A DNA stretch of 63,741 bases, filler included, from 8 parts of 8 records of this genome joined end to end with filler, not necessarily neighbours in it; one strand, 5' to 3'; shown: positions 35,143 through 45,183, counted from the first letter of the whole stretch. Program-made: numbers and translations. Notes: generated from the letters alone by a model not told the origin.

Positions 35143-36525
35143 ATGCGCCCCTTCGCCGCCGCCCTCGCCGCCATCCTCTTCACCGCCTCTCCGGCAATGG
35201 CCGCGACCGTGGCGCTGGCCGACGATCCCGAGCATGGCTGCATCGTCACGCTCTCCGGTCCCATCGCCGACGGGGACACGGAGGCGCTTCTCTCGGCCAT
35301 CGAGGCGGCCTCCACCGGGTCGCGCTACGCCGAGACCATCTGGTATACGGATCACGGCGACGGCGGCCCGCCCGACATCGACGTCAAGACGCCGCTGACC
35401 CTCTGCCTCGACAGCCCCGGCGGCTCTCTGGCCGAGGCGGTCAGGCTGACCGAAGCCGTGCACGGGCGGCTCGGGACGATGATACGCCCCGGCGCCCGCT
35501 GCGAAAGCGCCTGCGCTTTGGTCTTCATGGCCGGCGGCTACGATACCGGGTCGGATGCGGGCATCATGACCAGCCGGCATCTGCATGTGGACGGGCGACT
35601 CGGCTTCCACGCGCCCAGCCTGTCCGTTCCCGAGGGGCAATACGACGCGACGACGGTGGCGCGGGCCTATCAGGTCTCCGTCGCCGCGACGGAAACGATC
35701 TTTCGCAACCTCGTGCGCTACCGCTTCCCCCCCTCGCTGGCCGCACGCATGCATGCCACGCCGCCCAGCGAGATGTTCCATGTCTCCACCGTGCGCGAGG
35801 CCGCGCGCTGGGGCATTTCGGTGATCGGTGTCGACGCTCCGACGACGTGGTCCGACGCGGCGATCCGGACCGCCTGTCACAACCTCTACCGCGCGACGCA
35901 GGATCTCGTGACCTCGGACCCCGAGCAATGGTCGCAGGGCTCGGCCAGCGGAGCGCCCGTGCGCCGCGACGCCAGCAGCTTCGCTTACGAAGGGTTCGGG
36001 ATGGAGGCGGCGGGCACCTGCGAAGGCTACGTCTTTCAAGCCGAAGAGGAATATTCCCCCGCCCGTCAGTTCTGGGGGCCGGCGCGGGCGATTCTCGCGT
36101 CGATCCATGCGGTCGGCTCCTTCCCCGATGCGCAACCGCCCCTCTTCTTCTCCTTCCTGCAAAGCTTCATGGCCTATCCCGGGGACATGCCCCTCAGCAG
36201 CCTGCCGCGCGGCGGAGTGGCGGCGCCCGTCATCGACCGCGGCACCTGCCATGTCTTCTCCGCCGAAGGCGCGCTGAGCGACCGCGATCCCTGCACCCGC
36301 ACGCGGCAGATCGAGCGCGACGCCACACTGGTGACGCTCTTCGAATGGCCCTCGGGGGCGCGCACGGTGCTGGAAACGGCAGGCATGACCCGCCGCATCA
36401 ACGGGCAGCCCGCAAGAAGCTGGTACTGGCCCGAAGCCCGGCCCGAAAACGCCGAGGATGCCGACTGCTCCCGCAACGAGGCGTCGGGGAATGCCTTCTG
36501 CTTCCATCCCTCCGAAGGATCGTGA
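35143..36525 (+). CDS. Secreted protein with N-terminal ClpP/crotonase-like (COG3904-type) domain
   Basis: Signal peptide, LDSPGGS, CESACALVFMAG, RLGFHAP, Cys-containing C-terminal extension. Confidence 0.7.
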   Translation: MRPFAAALAAILFTASPAMAATVALADDPEHGCIVTLSGPIADGDTEALLSAIEAASTGSRYAETIWYTDHGDGGPPDIDVKTPLTLCLDSPGGSLAEAVRLTEAVHGRLGTMIRPGARCESACALVFMAGGYDTGSDAGIMTSRHLHVDGRLGFHAPSLSVPEGQYDATTVARAYQVSVAATETIFRNLVRYRFPPSLAARMHATPPSEMFHVSTVREAARWGISVIGVDAPTTWSDAAIRTACHNLYRATQDLVTSDPEQWSQGSASGAPVRRDASSFAYEGFGMEAAGTCEGYVFQAEEEYSPARQFWGPARAILASIHAVGSFPDAQPPLFFSFLQSFMAYPGDMPLSSLPRGGVAAPVIDRGTCHVFSAEGALSDRDPCTRTRQIERDATLVTLFEWPSGARTVLETAGMTRRINGQPARSWYWPEARPENAEDADCSRNEASGNAFCFHPSEGS

Positions 36526-36543
36526 CAGGCGAAGGCCTCGGCC

Positions 36544-37128
36544 TCACGCCTCCAGTTCGGCATCCCAATAGAGGAAGTCCATCCAGCTTTCGTGCAGGTG
36601 GTTCGGCGGGAAGCGCCGGCCCATGTTCAAAAGCTCCCCCGCACTGGGCTGGCGCGGCGTCTTGAACAGCGCCATCTTCGCCTGCCGAAGGCTTTTGGAG
36701 CCCTTGCGCAGGTTGCAGGGAGCGCAGGCGGCGACGACGTTCTCCCAGCTGGTGATCCCGCCCGAAGCGCGCGGCACCACGTGGTCGAAGGTCAGTTCCG
36801 ACTTCGTCCCGCAGTACTGACACCGGAATTCGTCCCTCAGAAAAAGATTGAAGCGCGTGAAGGCCACGCGCTTCTGAGGTTTCACGAAATCCTTCAGGAC
36901 CACCACGCTGGGGATCCTGATCGACATACTCGGGCTTCGGACGACCTCGTCGTATTCGGCCACGATATCGACCCGGTCGAGGAAGGCCGCCTTGACCGCG
37001 TCCTGCCAAGGCCAGAGGGACAGCGGATAGTAGGACAGCGGCCGGTAGTCCGCATTCAGCACCAGCGCCGGGTGCTGTTTCAACGCGCCCGGTTCACGCA
37101 CGAAACTCGTTCTGAACTCTGCGTCCAT
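36544..37128 (-). CDS. HNH endonuclease (McrA-like, conserved alphaproteobacterial family)
   Basis: Start MDAEF. LVLNADY.PL, CQYCG, LTFDHVVP...GG...WEN...C..CN..K. Confidence 0.9.
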   Translation of the reverse strand: MDAEFRTSFVREPGALKQHPALVLNADYRPLSYYPLSLWPWQDAVKAAFLDRVDIVAEYDEVVRSPSMSIRIPSVVVLKDFVKPQKRVAFTRFNLFLRDEFRCQYCGTKSELTFDHVVPRASGGITSWENVVAACAPCNLRKGSKSLRQAKMALFKTPRQPSAGELLNMGRRFPPNHLHESWMDFLYWDAELEA

Positions 37129-37514
37129 GGGGGGACTCGTCCTCCGCTCCGTCTGCTCGTTCTCAAGCCGGAGCGGGCCGCCCCGCCCCTCGTGAAGATC
37201 ACTATATATCGCGTCGGACTTCTGGCAAGCCCCGCAAGATACTGTGTCGTGGCAGAGAGCTACCCTGCCTTTGTGATGTGCATGTGACAGACTGGGCGGC
37301 AGCGCGCTGCCAGAGCGCCCCCGCAGCAGGTCGGGCCGGACGTGCAGGCGCCTTCGCGCGGGTGTTGCGGGGAAACAGCCGGATCGGCGGGTGCGTCGGC
37401 TCGTCCCTGCCGCGCAGGGAGCGTCGACGGCGGGAACGGGCCCGGCGACCGGACACCGCGACGGAGCGCCATGGGCCGCAGGCCTGGCCCCGGACCAGTC
37501 CAGAGCCCGATCCC

Positions 37515-37747
37515 CGTCAGACGGAGTTGGTATCCGACATCTACCCCGCCCAAGTCGGAGGCCAATCCGCGTCAAGGGTGCCAAGGACCGAAGGCCTGCC
37601 CCCTCCCGAGGGCGGATCGTGGTCCGCGTCAGACGGGGCTGGCATCCGACACTTGCCCCGCGCAAGTCGGGGGCGGCCCCCCGTCAACGGAGCCAAAACC
37701 CAGCGGCCTGCCCCGCTCCCGAGGCGGATCGCGATCCGCCTCAGACG
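37515..37747. repeat. 112-bp imperfect tandem repeat with internal hairpins
   Basis: Units begin at 37515, 37627 and 37739 (CGTCAGACG / CGTCAGACG / CCTCAGACG). Confidence 0.75.
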
Positions 37748-37814
37748 TGGACAGGGCCTTTGGCCATTGCGCGCCACAGTGCTTCCCGCCGCGATGCGCC
37801 GCGGAGCAGTGCCC

Positions 37815-38495
37815 TCACTCTTCGCCCGCGAGGGCCTCCGCCGGGGCAGCATCCGGCAGGGTCTCCTGCCCGTCCGGGTCCACGAAGGCCACGGACCCAA
37901 GGGTCGAGTTCAGCCCCCAGTCGCGAACCTTCAGCACGCCATCGGCGATGTAGAGCTTGCGGATCGGGTAGACCGTCTCGCCATTCGGTCCGGCCAGCAC
38001 CATCACGGGCCCCGCGTTGGTGTTGCGCGTCCAGACCAGCGGATCGGTGAGCGTGATGCTGTCGATGATCGCCCGCACCGCCTCGGGGTCCGTCACCCGC
38101 TCGACCTTGAAGTAGCAAGCGCCCTCGTAGCCCCCGGCCGCCGCGAAGGTCACCGCGCCCACCGCCAGCGTCACCGGCGCCGTGGCGATGGCGGTCACCG
38201 TGGCCGCCACGCCCCCGGCTCCGCTCGCCGCGCCCGAAACTCCCCCGGCGGCGCCTGAGATCAGCGAGACGCTCTGCCCGGGATGCATGAGCATCCACTT
38301 GCCCGCCGCCCGGGCGCCCTCCTGCGCCACGGGCGCCAGAACCTTGCCCGCCGCCCCGGCCTTTTCGACCGCTGCGCCGGCGAGGATCGAGGGCTTGTAG
38401 TCGCACAGCCCCGTCTCCTGCGCCACGGCCGGTGCGGCCAGAAGCGCCAGCGCAAGGGCGCGGCCGCAGGACCGCATCGCCAAGAAACCTGTCAT
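37815..38495 (-). CDS. Hypothetical secreted protein
   Basis: Signal peptide ending AVA, CDYKPS, GYEGACYF, LYIADG.L.VRDWG.N. Confidence 0.7.
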   Translation of the reverse strand: MTGFLAMRSCGRALALALLAAPAVAQETGLCDYKPSILAGAAVEKAGAAGKVLAPVAQEGARAAGKWMLMHPGQSVSLISGAAGGVSGAASGAGGVAATVTAIATAPVTLAVGAVTFAAAGGYEGACYFKVERVTDPEAVRAIIDSITLTDPLVWTRNTNAGPVMVLAGPNGETVYPIRKLYIADGVLKVRDWGLNSTLGSVAFVDPDGQETLPDAAPAEALAGEE

Positions 38496-38669
38496 CCGAA
38501 CTCTCCGTTTCGCTGCCCGGCCGGCAGGGTAGCAAAACGCCCCGCCCGGGCAAGCATCCGCCACCGCACATCTGCGCGATAGGCGCTTCGCTGCCACGGG
38601 CGCCAAAGCCGCTTCGAAGCGGCTTTCAAGCGCCTTCCAAGGCGCTTTCACCGCCCGGAACAGCCCGGA

Positions 38670-39335
38670 TCAGAACCCGCACTTGTCCCGCAGGAAGGCC
38701 AGCGCCACGCCCAGCCCGTCCGGTGCGATGCCATGGGCGGTGCCCTTCATGATATGGGCGTAGACCTCTTTCCAGCCCGCCGCCTGCAGGGCCTCGGCGG
38801 CCTGCGGCAGCGAGTCCACCGGCACCACGTCGTCCTGATCGCCATGCACCAGCAGCACCGGCGGCCGTGTCACCACCTCGTCCGCCAGCCCCTCGGGCTG
38901 CAACAGCCGCCCCGAGAAACCCACGATCCCGGCGAGGGCATCCTCGCGACGCGGCCCGACGTGCAGGCTCATCATCGTCCCCTGCGAGAAGCCCACAAGC
39001 GCCACCTGCTCGGGCATCAGGTCCTCGTCGACCATCAGGGCGTCGAGAAAGGCGTTCAGGTCGTCGACCGCCCGGGCCATGCCCGCCATGGCCTCTTCCT
39101 CGGAGGACCCGTCGATCCACGGGATCGGGAACCACTGGAAGCCCATGGGCGCACCGGCGCAGGCCTCGGGCGCGTCCGGGGCCACGAAAAGCGTGTCCGG
39201 CAGGTGCTCGCTCAGCGGATCGGCGAGCCCCAGAAGGTCGGCCCCATTGGCGCCGTAGCCATGCAGGAAGACCACGCAAGAGCGCATCTCGCCCGAGGCT
39301 GGCGCCCGGCGTCCGGTGTTCAAAACGCGTGTCAT
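38670..39335 (-). CDS. Phospholipase/carboxylesterase (alpha/beta hydrolase)
   Basis: FLHGYG, GFSQG nucleophile, HGDQDDVVP, HGI. Confidence 0.9.
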   Translation of the reverse strand: MTRVLNTGRRAPASGEMRSCVVFLHGYGANGADLLGLADPLSEHLPDTLFVAPDAPEACAGAPMGFQWFPIPWIDGSSEEEAMAGMARAVDDLNAFLDALMVDEDLMPEQVALVGFSQGTMMSLHVGPRREDALAGIVGFSGRLLQPEGLADEVVTRPPVLLVHGDQDDVVPVDSLPQAAEALQAAGWKEVYAHIMKGTAHGIAPDGLGVALAFLRDKCGF

Positions 39336-39400
39336 CGTCGGCTGGTCTCCCGCTGGTCAGCGTGTCTGTGTGTCGGTTTGTCTAGTCTGGCGAAATCGGG

Positions 39401-39802
39401 TCAGCCGGCCGGCCGGCAGGTCATCAGCGACGTCCCCGGAGAGCCGTCCCCCCAGATCTCGGTGTAGAGGTAGCTTTGTCCGCCGCGCGGCGCGAGGCTG
39501 AAGTCGAAATGACCGCCGTCGCCATCGTCGGTGGTGTAGGTGAAGCGGCAGCCCGCGCCAAGGTAGTCGGCACATTGCCCGCGATCGTCGGTCGGCTCGA
39601 CATCGCCGCTTTCGCTGGTGGCCTGCAGACGGTAGCGCGGCCCCTCGAACTCGAACCGCAGGGCATAGGTCTCGTAGCTGCCATCGTCGTTGTAAAACCG
39701 CATGGACCCTTCGCACAGCGTCAGCGCGTCGAAGGCCGCCGCCGACGCCGCCGTGCCGCAAAGCGCAGCGGCCCCCGCAAGGATCAAGGTCCGGATCGTC
39801 AT
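39401..39802 (-). CDS. Hypothetical secreted protein
   Basis: Signal peptide, four Cys, coupled to the alkA stop. Confidence 0.6.
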   Translation of the reverse strand: MTIRTLILAGAAALCGTAASAAAFDALTLCEGSMRFYNDDGSYETYALRFEFEGPRYRLQATSESGDVEPTDDRGQCADYLGAGCRFTYTTDDGDGGHFDFSLAPRGGQSYLYTEIWGDGSPGTSLMTCRPAG

Positions 39803-40440
39803 GCGATGCCCTCCCGCTGTTTCACCACATGGTAATAGGCCCAGAGAAGACGCGCGGCAACCGATCGCCACGGCGACCACTCCTCGGCCATCGCCCGCAG
39901 GGCCTTTTCCGAGGGGCGTCCGGGCAGGGCGAAGAGGATCCGCGCGCCCTCCTGCAAGGCGAGATCGCCGGGCGCGAAGACATCCGCCCGCCCCAGAGAG
40001 AACATCGCGTAGATCTCCGCCGTCCAGACGCCGATGCCCTTGACCGCGACGAGCCGCCGCGTGACCTCGGGCGTGGGCAGGGCGCGCAGGGCCTCGTAGT
40101 CGACCCCCGCTTCGGCCAGCGCCACCGCGTAGCGCGCCTTCTGCCGCGACAGGCCGAGGCCGCGCAAGGCCTCCTCGCCGCTGGCAAGGATCGCCTCCGG
40201 CGTGACCTGCCCCGCGCCCTCGAGCCGCGCCCAGATCGCCCGGGCCGAGGCGACGGAGACCTGCTGGCTGGTGATCGCGCCCAGAAGCTGGGCAAAGCCG
40301 TCGGGTCGCAGGCGCAGCGGCAGCGGCCCCGTCTGCGCGAGCGCGGCGGCAAGGCGCGGATCGCGCTCCGCAAGCCAGGCCGCGCCCTCGGCGACACAGG
40401 CATCGCCCCGGATGATGCGCTCTGACGGACCCGTTTCCAT
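39799..40440 (-). CDS. alkA: DNA-3-methyladenine glycosylase II (HhH-GPD)
   Basis: QQVSVASA, GLSRQK, KGIGVWTA (HhH), D.F.PGDLAL, W.PWRS.A. Confidence 0.85.
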   Translation of the reverse strand: METGPSERIIRGDACVAEGAAWLAERDPRLAAALAQTGPLPLRLRPDGFAQLLGAITSQQVSVASARAIWARLEGAGQVTPEAILASGEEALRGLGLSRQKARYAVALAEAGVDYEALRALPTPEVTRRLVAVKGIGVWTAEIYAMFSLGRADVFAPGDLALQEGARILFALPGRPSEKALRAMAEEWSPWRSVAARLLWAYYHVVKQREGIA

Positions 40441-40941
40441 AGGTCCTGCTTGCCGCCCGCCGCCCGTGCCGTCAAGCGCAAGCCGCTGCGGGGTGACGGT
40501 CCGGACGTCCCCCTGCTCGTCCGACCGCGCACTGTCGCCCCGAAGCCCCCGAGGCGGCGGCGGCGCCCGGCGCCGTGCCGGCTCCCGCCGCGCGGGGCAT
40601 TGGGGCCCCGCGTCTCCCACCCGAGCGCCCGGAGCAACGCTCTGTCCACAAGGCGCACATCCCTGCCCGGCCCTGCGCCCTTGTTCGCGCGAACCGGCTC
40701 TCCCGCCTGCCCGACCCCGTGCCCCGTGCGCTCCTGCCGCCTCACCAGCCCGGCCCTGCCCGGCCCTCCGCACCGGCCCCGCCCTCCGCTTCGGGCGGTG
40801 TGCCGCGACCGGCCCGGGTCGGAGGCGCCGCCCCCTGGGGTGCGCGCCCCTCTTCGCCCTTGCGGGTCCCGGCGCGCGGGCCTACGCAGTCTTCATGAGC
40901 GATACGACACACCCCGCCCCCGACGACAGGCGCGCCCGCCG

Positions 40942-41041
40942 NNNNNNNNNNNNNNNNNNNNNNNNNNNNNNNNNNNNNNNNNNNNTTAATTAATTAANNN
41001 NNNNNNNNNNNNNNNNNNNNNNNNNNNNNNNNNNNNNNNNN
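40942..41041. other. Artificial contig linker
   Basis: N44-TTAATTAATTAA-N44. Confidence 0.98.
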
Positions 41042-41042
41042 C

Positions 41043-41096
41043 GGCTTCCACAACCTGACCCGGCCGAAGTCGTTCCACTTCCGTCTGGAGCATTGA
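41043..41096 (+). CDS. C-terminal end of an aldehyde dehydrogenase (truncated)
   Basis: GFHNLTRPKSFHFRLEH*, upstream of the Fe-ADH. Confidence 0.55.
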   Translation, partial: GFHNLTRPKSFHFRLEH

Positions 41097-41167
41097 GGCC
41101 GGTCTGACAAACGACCGAGCGAGCCCAGTTTCCTGGTCCCAAATCGGGCAGGGTGATTGAGCTTGCT

Positions 41168-41316
41168 CCCCTCTCCCCCCTTGAGGGGGAGATGTCTCCG
41201 CAAGGAGGCAGAGGGGGGTGCCAGCCCCTCGGCAAACTAGGCACCGGAATATACGCAGAGCCCAGTCCCCCCTCTGTCAGCTTCGCTGACATCTCCCTCG
41301 CAAGGGGGGAGAGGGG
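41168..41316. repeat. RIME-like palindromic intergenic element
   Basis: 16-bp terminal inverted repeat CCCCTCTCCCCCCTTG / CAAGGGGGGAGAGGGG, with inner GGAGATGTC/GACATCTCC and CAGAGGGGGG/CCCCCCTCTG arms. Confidence 0.75.
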
Positions 41317-41404
41317 TGCAAGAGGCAATGCCGAGACTTGTAACTGCCTCCCTTGTCGGTGTGGCAGCGACCAGAACCCCGAGTTTCAAGACAACGAGAC
41401 CCCC

Positions 41405-42568
41405 ATGAGCTCACTTCCTTCCGTCAACTGGTCTTATCCGACCTCCGTTCGCTTCGGTGCCGGCCGCATCAAGGAACTTCCCGATGCGGTCAAGGCCACC
41501 GGCATGGCCAATCCGCTGCTGGTCACCGATCCGGGCCTTGCCGGCCTGCCGATGGTCGCGGAGGCGATTGCAAGCCTGGAAGCTGCCGGCCTTAAGGCTG
41601 CGGTCTTTTCCGACGTCAAGCCGAACCCGGTCGACAGCAACATTGCTGCCGGTGTCGCCGCCTACAAGGCCGGTGGCCATGATGGTGTCATCGCTTTTGG
41701 TGGCGGTTCGGGCCTTGATGCAGGCAAGCTGATCGCCTTCATGTCCGGCCAGACCCGGCCAATTTGGGACTTTGAAGATATCGGCGACTGGTGGACCCGT
41801 GCAGATCCGGCCGGTATTGCGCCGATCGTCGCGGTGCCGACCACTGCCGGAACCGGCTCGGAAGTTGGCCGCGCGGGTGTTGTCACCAACGAAGCGACGC
41901 ACACCAAGAAGGTTATCTTCCATCCGAAAATGCTGCCGGCCATTGTGATCTGCGATCCGGAACTGACCGTCGGCATGCCGCGCTTCATCACCGTCGGCAC
42001 CGGTATGGACGCTCTGGCACATTGCCTGGAAGCCTATTCCGCACCGATGTATCACCCGATGTCCGAAGGCATCGCGCTTGAAGGCATGCGGCTGGTGTTT
42101 GAAAACCTGCCGAAAGTTGCTGCGGATGCGTCCGATCTTGAAGCACGTGGTCACCTGATGAGTGCCGCCGCCATGGGTGCTGTTGCCTTCCAGAAGGGCC
42201 TCGGAGCGATCCACTCGCTGTCTCATCCGGTCGGCGCGCTTTATGACACTCACCACGGCATGACCAATGCGGTCTTCATGCCTTACGTGCTGCAGTTCAA
42301 CAAACCCGCCATCGAACAGAAATTCGAGCGGCTTGCCGGTTTCCTTGGCATTGCCGGCGGTTATCAGGGTGTGCTCGATGCGATCCTGAAACTGCGTGAA
42401 GACCTCGGCGTACCGCACACGCTGGCCGGTCTCAATGTCGATGACAGCAAGCGCGACCTGATTGCCGAAATGGCGATTGTCGACCCGACCGCAGGCGGTA
42501 ACCCGGTTCCGCTGACCAAGGAAGGCGCATTGGATATCTTCGACAAGGCTCAGAAGGGTACCGTCTGA
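41405..42568 (+). CDS. Iron-containing alcohol dehydrogenase
   Basis: GGGSGLD.GK, VPTTAGTGSE, GMDALAH.LEAY, HSLSH, HHG. Confidence 0.92.
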   Translation: MSSLPSVNWSYPTSVRFGAGRIKELPDAVKATGMANPLLVTDPGLAGLPMVAEAIASLEAAGLKAAVFSDVKPNPVDSNIAAGVAAYKAGGHDGVIAFGGGSGLDAGKLIAFMSGQTRPIWDFEDIGDWWTRADPAGIAPIVAVPTTAGTGSEVGRAGVVTNEATHTKKVIFHPKMLPAIVICDPELTVGMPRFITVGTGMDALAHCLEAYSAPMYHPMSEGIALEGMRLVFENLPKVAADASDLEARGHLMSAAAMGAVAFQKGLGAIHSLSHPVGALYDTHHGMTNAVFMPYVLQFNKPAIEQKFERLAGFLGIAGGYQGVLDAILKLREDLGVPHTLAGLNVDDSKRDLIAEMAIVDPTAGGNPVPLTKEGALDIFDKAQKGTV

Positions 42569-42588
42569 AGCAAGACCCCTTGACCTCG

Positions 42589-42620
42589 AAGGCGCACCGG
42601 ATACCGGTGCGCCTTTTTTT
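42589..42620 (+). terminator. Intrinsic terminator
   Basis: AAGGCGCACCGG-ATA-CCGGTGCGCCTT followed by a T-run. Confidence 0.85.
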
Positions 42621-42843
42621 GTTTTTCAGGCCATCTTTCGCAATCACGGCCAAGCGTAGCCAAGCCGGGCCGGTGTGCCGCGGGGCCAGCAGATGGACCA
42701 GAATTGTTCGCGGACAGCTTTGACGCTCTCCGATCCCGGGTCTTCTCTTCGCTGCGTCGCGGATGACGTACTCAGAGCCTTTGCACTTCAGGTCGCTCTG
42801 ATCGTTCCCAGGATGAGGTTGGTGGTACATGCATTGCTGGCGC

Positions 42844-43887
42844 TCAGCGCGCCTTTAGGTTCTTCTGTTCGAGATCGCTGCTCTCCGCCTTCCGCCACTG
42901 ATCCGGTGTCATGCCGGTCACCCGCAGGAATTCGCGGTTGAAATTCGACTTGGTCGAAAAACCTGCGCGATACATGGCCTCGGTCACCGTGATGCCGTCC
43001 TGGCGCAGCAGCGTGCAGACATCCTTGATCCTGAAATCGTTCACATAGCGTGAGACATTCATGTCGCGCACCCGGTTGATCGCCTGCGAGAGCTGACGGG
43101 CGGGCAGACCGGCACGGCGAGCCAGCCTTGAGAGGTTGAGCGTGTCGTCGCGATGAAGGTGCTGTGCCGTCATCAGGGCGTCGACCCGCGCGACGATTTC
43201 CGCGTCTTCGGAGGTGGCGGTCTGGGCCGCGGGTTCCGGCTCGGTGTTTGTTTCCGTCTGGGCATGGCCTGCCGTGCGGGCGGCAAGACCGATCAGCAGC
43301 AGGCTGACTATATTTGCGTTACTGACCAGAATGGCTGCATGGCTGCCGCCCGAGCGTTCGAAATCGAAAAGGATCACCAGATCGAACAGGGCGGACAGGC
43401 ACAGGCAGAAGGCGGCCAGCCACAGGGCCCGGTGGGCAGCGGCAGCTTCGTCCAGACGGGCAAGTCCGAGGCCGTCCGGTCCGCGCCAGGCGATCCGTGC
43501 CAGGGCCACGGCATAGGCCAGGAACAGCAGCACCAGGGCACTATCCAGCAAGATAGGCGCCGCAAGCATCAGACCCAGAATGACGAGTGCGGCCAGTGGC
43601 GCCGCTGCCAGGCGAAACCGTCCGGGCGCGGCCTGATCGACGAGACCGCGAAAGCTCTCATAGGCAAGAGGGGGCAGCAGAGCAGCCAGCAGTGGCTGCA
43701 CGAAGCGCAAAGCGTCGACGTTATATCCCCAGCGCAGGCCCAGGACGATGGATTGCAGGCAGCACAGGGCAATCAGCATCAGGAAGGCGCGTGTGGCTGT
43801 TGCTCCGTTGCTTTTCTTCAGGAACACAAAGACAAGCGCCAGAAGCAACGCGTTGACGAAGGGCAGGGGAACAAACAGCACGGGCAA
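42844..43887 (-). CDS. Membrane-anchored AraC-family regulator
   Basis: N-terminal TM segments and a C-terminal AraC HTH (LSQAIN...YVNDFRI...GFSTKSNFNREF...GMTP). Confidence 0.88.
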   Translation of the reverse strand: MPVLFVPLPFVNALLLALVFVFLKKSNGATATRAFLMLIALCCLQSIVLGLRWGYNVDALRFVQPLLAALLPPLAYESFRGLVDQAAPGRFRLAAAPLAALVILGLMLAAPILLDSALVLLFLAYAVALARIAWRGPDGLGLARLDEAAAAHRALWLAAFCLCLSALFDLVILFDFERSGGSHAAILVSNANIVSLLLIGLAARTAGHAQTETNTEPEPAAQTATSEDAEIVARVDALMTAQHLHRDDTLNLSRLARRAGLPARQLSQAINRVRDMNVSRYVNDFRIKDVCTLLRQDGITVTEAMYRAGFSTKSNFNREFLRVTGMTPDQWRKAESSDLEQKNLKAR

Positions 43888-44015
43888 GGCACCTCGATGG
43901 GGCGATGGCGGAGACCTTTATCGCGATCCGGCATGACTGAATCGTGAAAGAGGACGCTTTCCATCACGGCCTTAGCAAGAATTCGGTCATTGCTCCACTG
44001 ACTGAAAGACCCCTC

Positions 44016-45089
44016 ATGAAAATACAATCTCTTTTCTTGCCGCTGGTTCTCACGCTGGCCGTCACCACACCAGCCAAGGCCCAGGAACCGGTGGGTGTTC
44101 GCGAGATCTCGGTAAGTTCGAAAGCCAGAGGCGAGGATCTCACTGTTCTGGTCTGGTACCCGGCCAAGCCGGGCGGGGAGGCGGTGCTGATCGGCGATGA
44201 CAGGATCTTCGAAGGCACGCCAGCATTGACCGATGCCGCAAGGGCGGAAGGGATGTTTCCGCTGATCGTGCTCTCGCACGGGTCGGGAGCGTCAGTCGAA
44301 AAGATGGCCTGGATCGCGAGCGAACTTGCCGGCGAAGGCTTTATTGTCGCCGGTGCAAATCACCCTGGCACCACCAGCGGCGATTCCACGCCGGAAGATA
44401 CGCCGAAGCTCTGGCAAAGAACGGACGATCTCGCCATAGTGATCGATGAGTTGCTTGCCGATCCGGACTGGTTGGCGTCAATCGATCGAGGAAATATCGG
44501 GGCGCTCGGTTTTTCCCTTGGCGGCGCTGCCGTTCTGGAAAGCGTGGGTGCAACGGCAAGCCTGGAGGCTTATGTCGACTATTGCGACACCAATCCGCAG
44601 ATGCCGGACTGCCAATGGTTCATGGGCGGCAGAGCCTTCGTCGACAGGGAGGAAATCAAGGTCGAGCCGCTTGATCTGCGGACGGTCGACAAGGCTCTTT
44701 TCGAACAAAAGAGCCATGATGCCCGGATCAAGTCTGTTATTGCTGTCGATCCGGCGCTGGCGGCTGCTTTTCAGGAGCAAAGCTTCGCTGGCGTCGGTGT
44801 GCCGCTGCATTTCCTCAATCTTGGCGTGGCAGGGCAGATCGATGTCGGTGTGCGTTCTGCGCATCTGGCCGCTGCTGCGCCAGACGCCGATCTGGATCAC
44901 ATCGAGGATGCCGTTCATTTCAGCTTCCTGCCCGTGTGCAAGGAAGACGCGATTGCCTTCATGAAATCCATCGGCGAGACGGACAGCCTGTGCACCGATG
45001 GTGGCGGCAGGTCTCGTGCCGAGCTGCACGATCAGATGGCCAAGATGATTGTCGAGGCTTTCCGGGAAGATTTGAAGGCGGCAAACTGA
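44016..45089 (+). CDS. Secreted alpha/beta hydrolase (dienelactone hydrolase/PAF-AH-like)
   Basis: Signal peptide, VWYP, LSHG.G, HPG, GFSLGG, HFSFL..C. Confidence 0.85.
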   Translation: MKIQSLFLPLVLTLAVTTPAKAQEPVGVREISVSSKARGEDLTVLVWYPAKPGGEAVLIGDDRIFEGTPALTDAARAEGMFPLIVLSHGSGASVEKMAWIASELAGEGFIVAGANHPGTTSGDSTPEDTPKLWQRTDDLAIVIDELLADPDWLASIDRGNIGALGFSLGGAAVLESVGATASLEAYVDYCDTNPQMPDCQWFMGGRAFVDREEIKVEPLDLRTVDKALFEQKSHDARIKSVIAVDPALAAAFQEQSFAGVGVPLHFLNLGVAGQIDVGVRSAHLAAAAPDADLDHIEDAVHFSFLPVCKEDAIAFMKSIGETDSLCTDGGGRSRAELHDQMAKMIVEAFREDLKAAN

Positions 45090-45183
45090 CGGCCTGGCCG
45101 GGGACTCGATCGAGCTTTTTGCTCATGTGGACTGCAGCCTCCCGTGCTTTCGAGGGTGGGAGGCTGCCGGTCGTCTCAAGGTG

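Noticed and set aside
37515-37747. Possible CRISPR array near an HNH nuclease
   Set aside because: Whole 112-bp units are similar along their length, there are no unique spacers and no cas genes, and the HNH is a conserved chromosomal type.
40895-40941. Start of a gene (MSDTTHPAPDDRRAR), possibly an MFS transporter
   Set aside because: Only about 15 codons before the contig end, too little to call.
34903-40993. Many long overlapping ORFs in contig 5 (e.g. 34903-36507, 35073-36665, 37278-38258)
   Set aside because: Shadow frames from very high GC. They are Arg/Pro/Ala-rich, motif-free and overlap well-supported genes.
41153-41404. N-terminal extension of the Fe-ADH ORF
   Set aside because: It reads through the RIME-like repeat. 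The real start is MSSLPSV at 41405.
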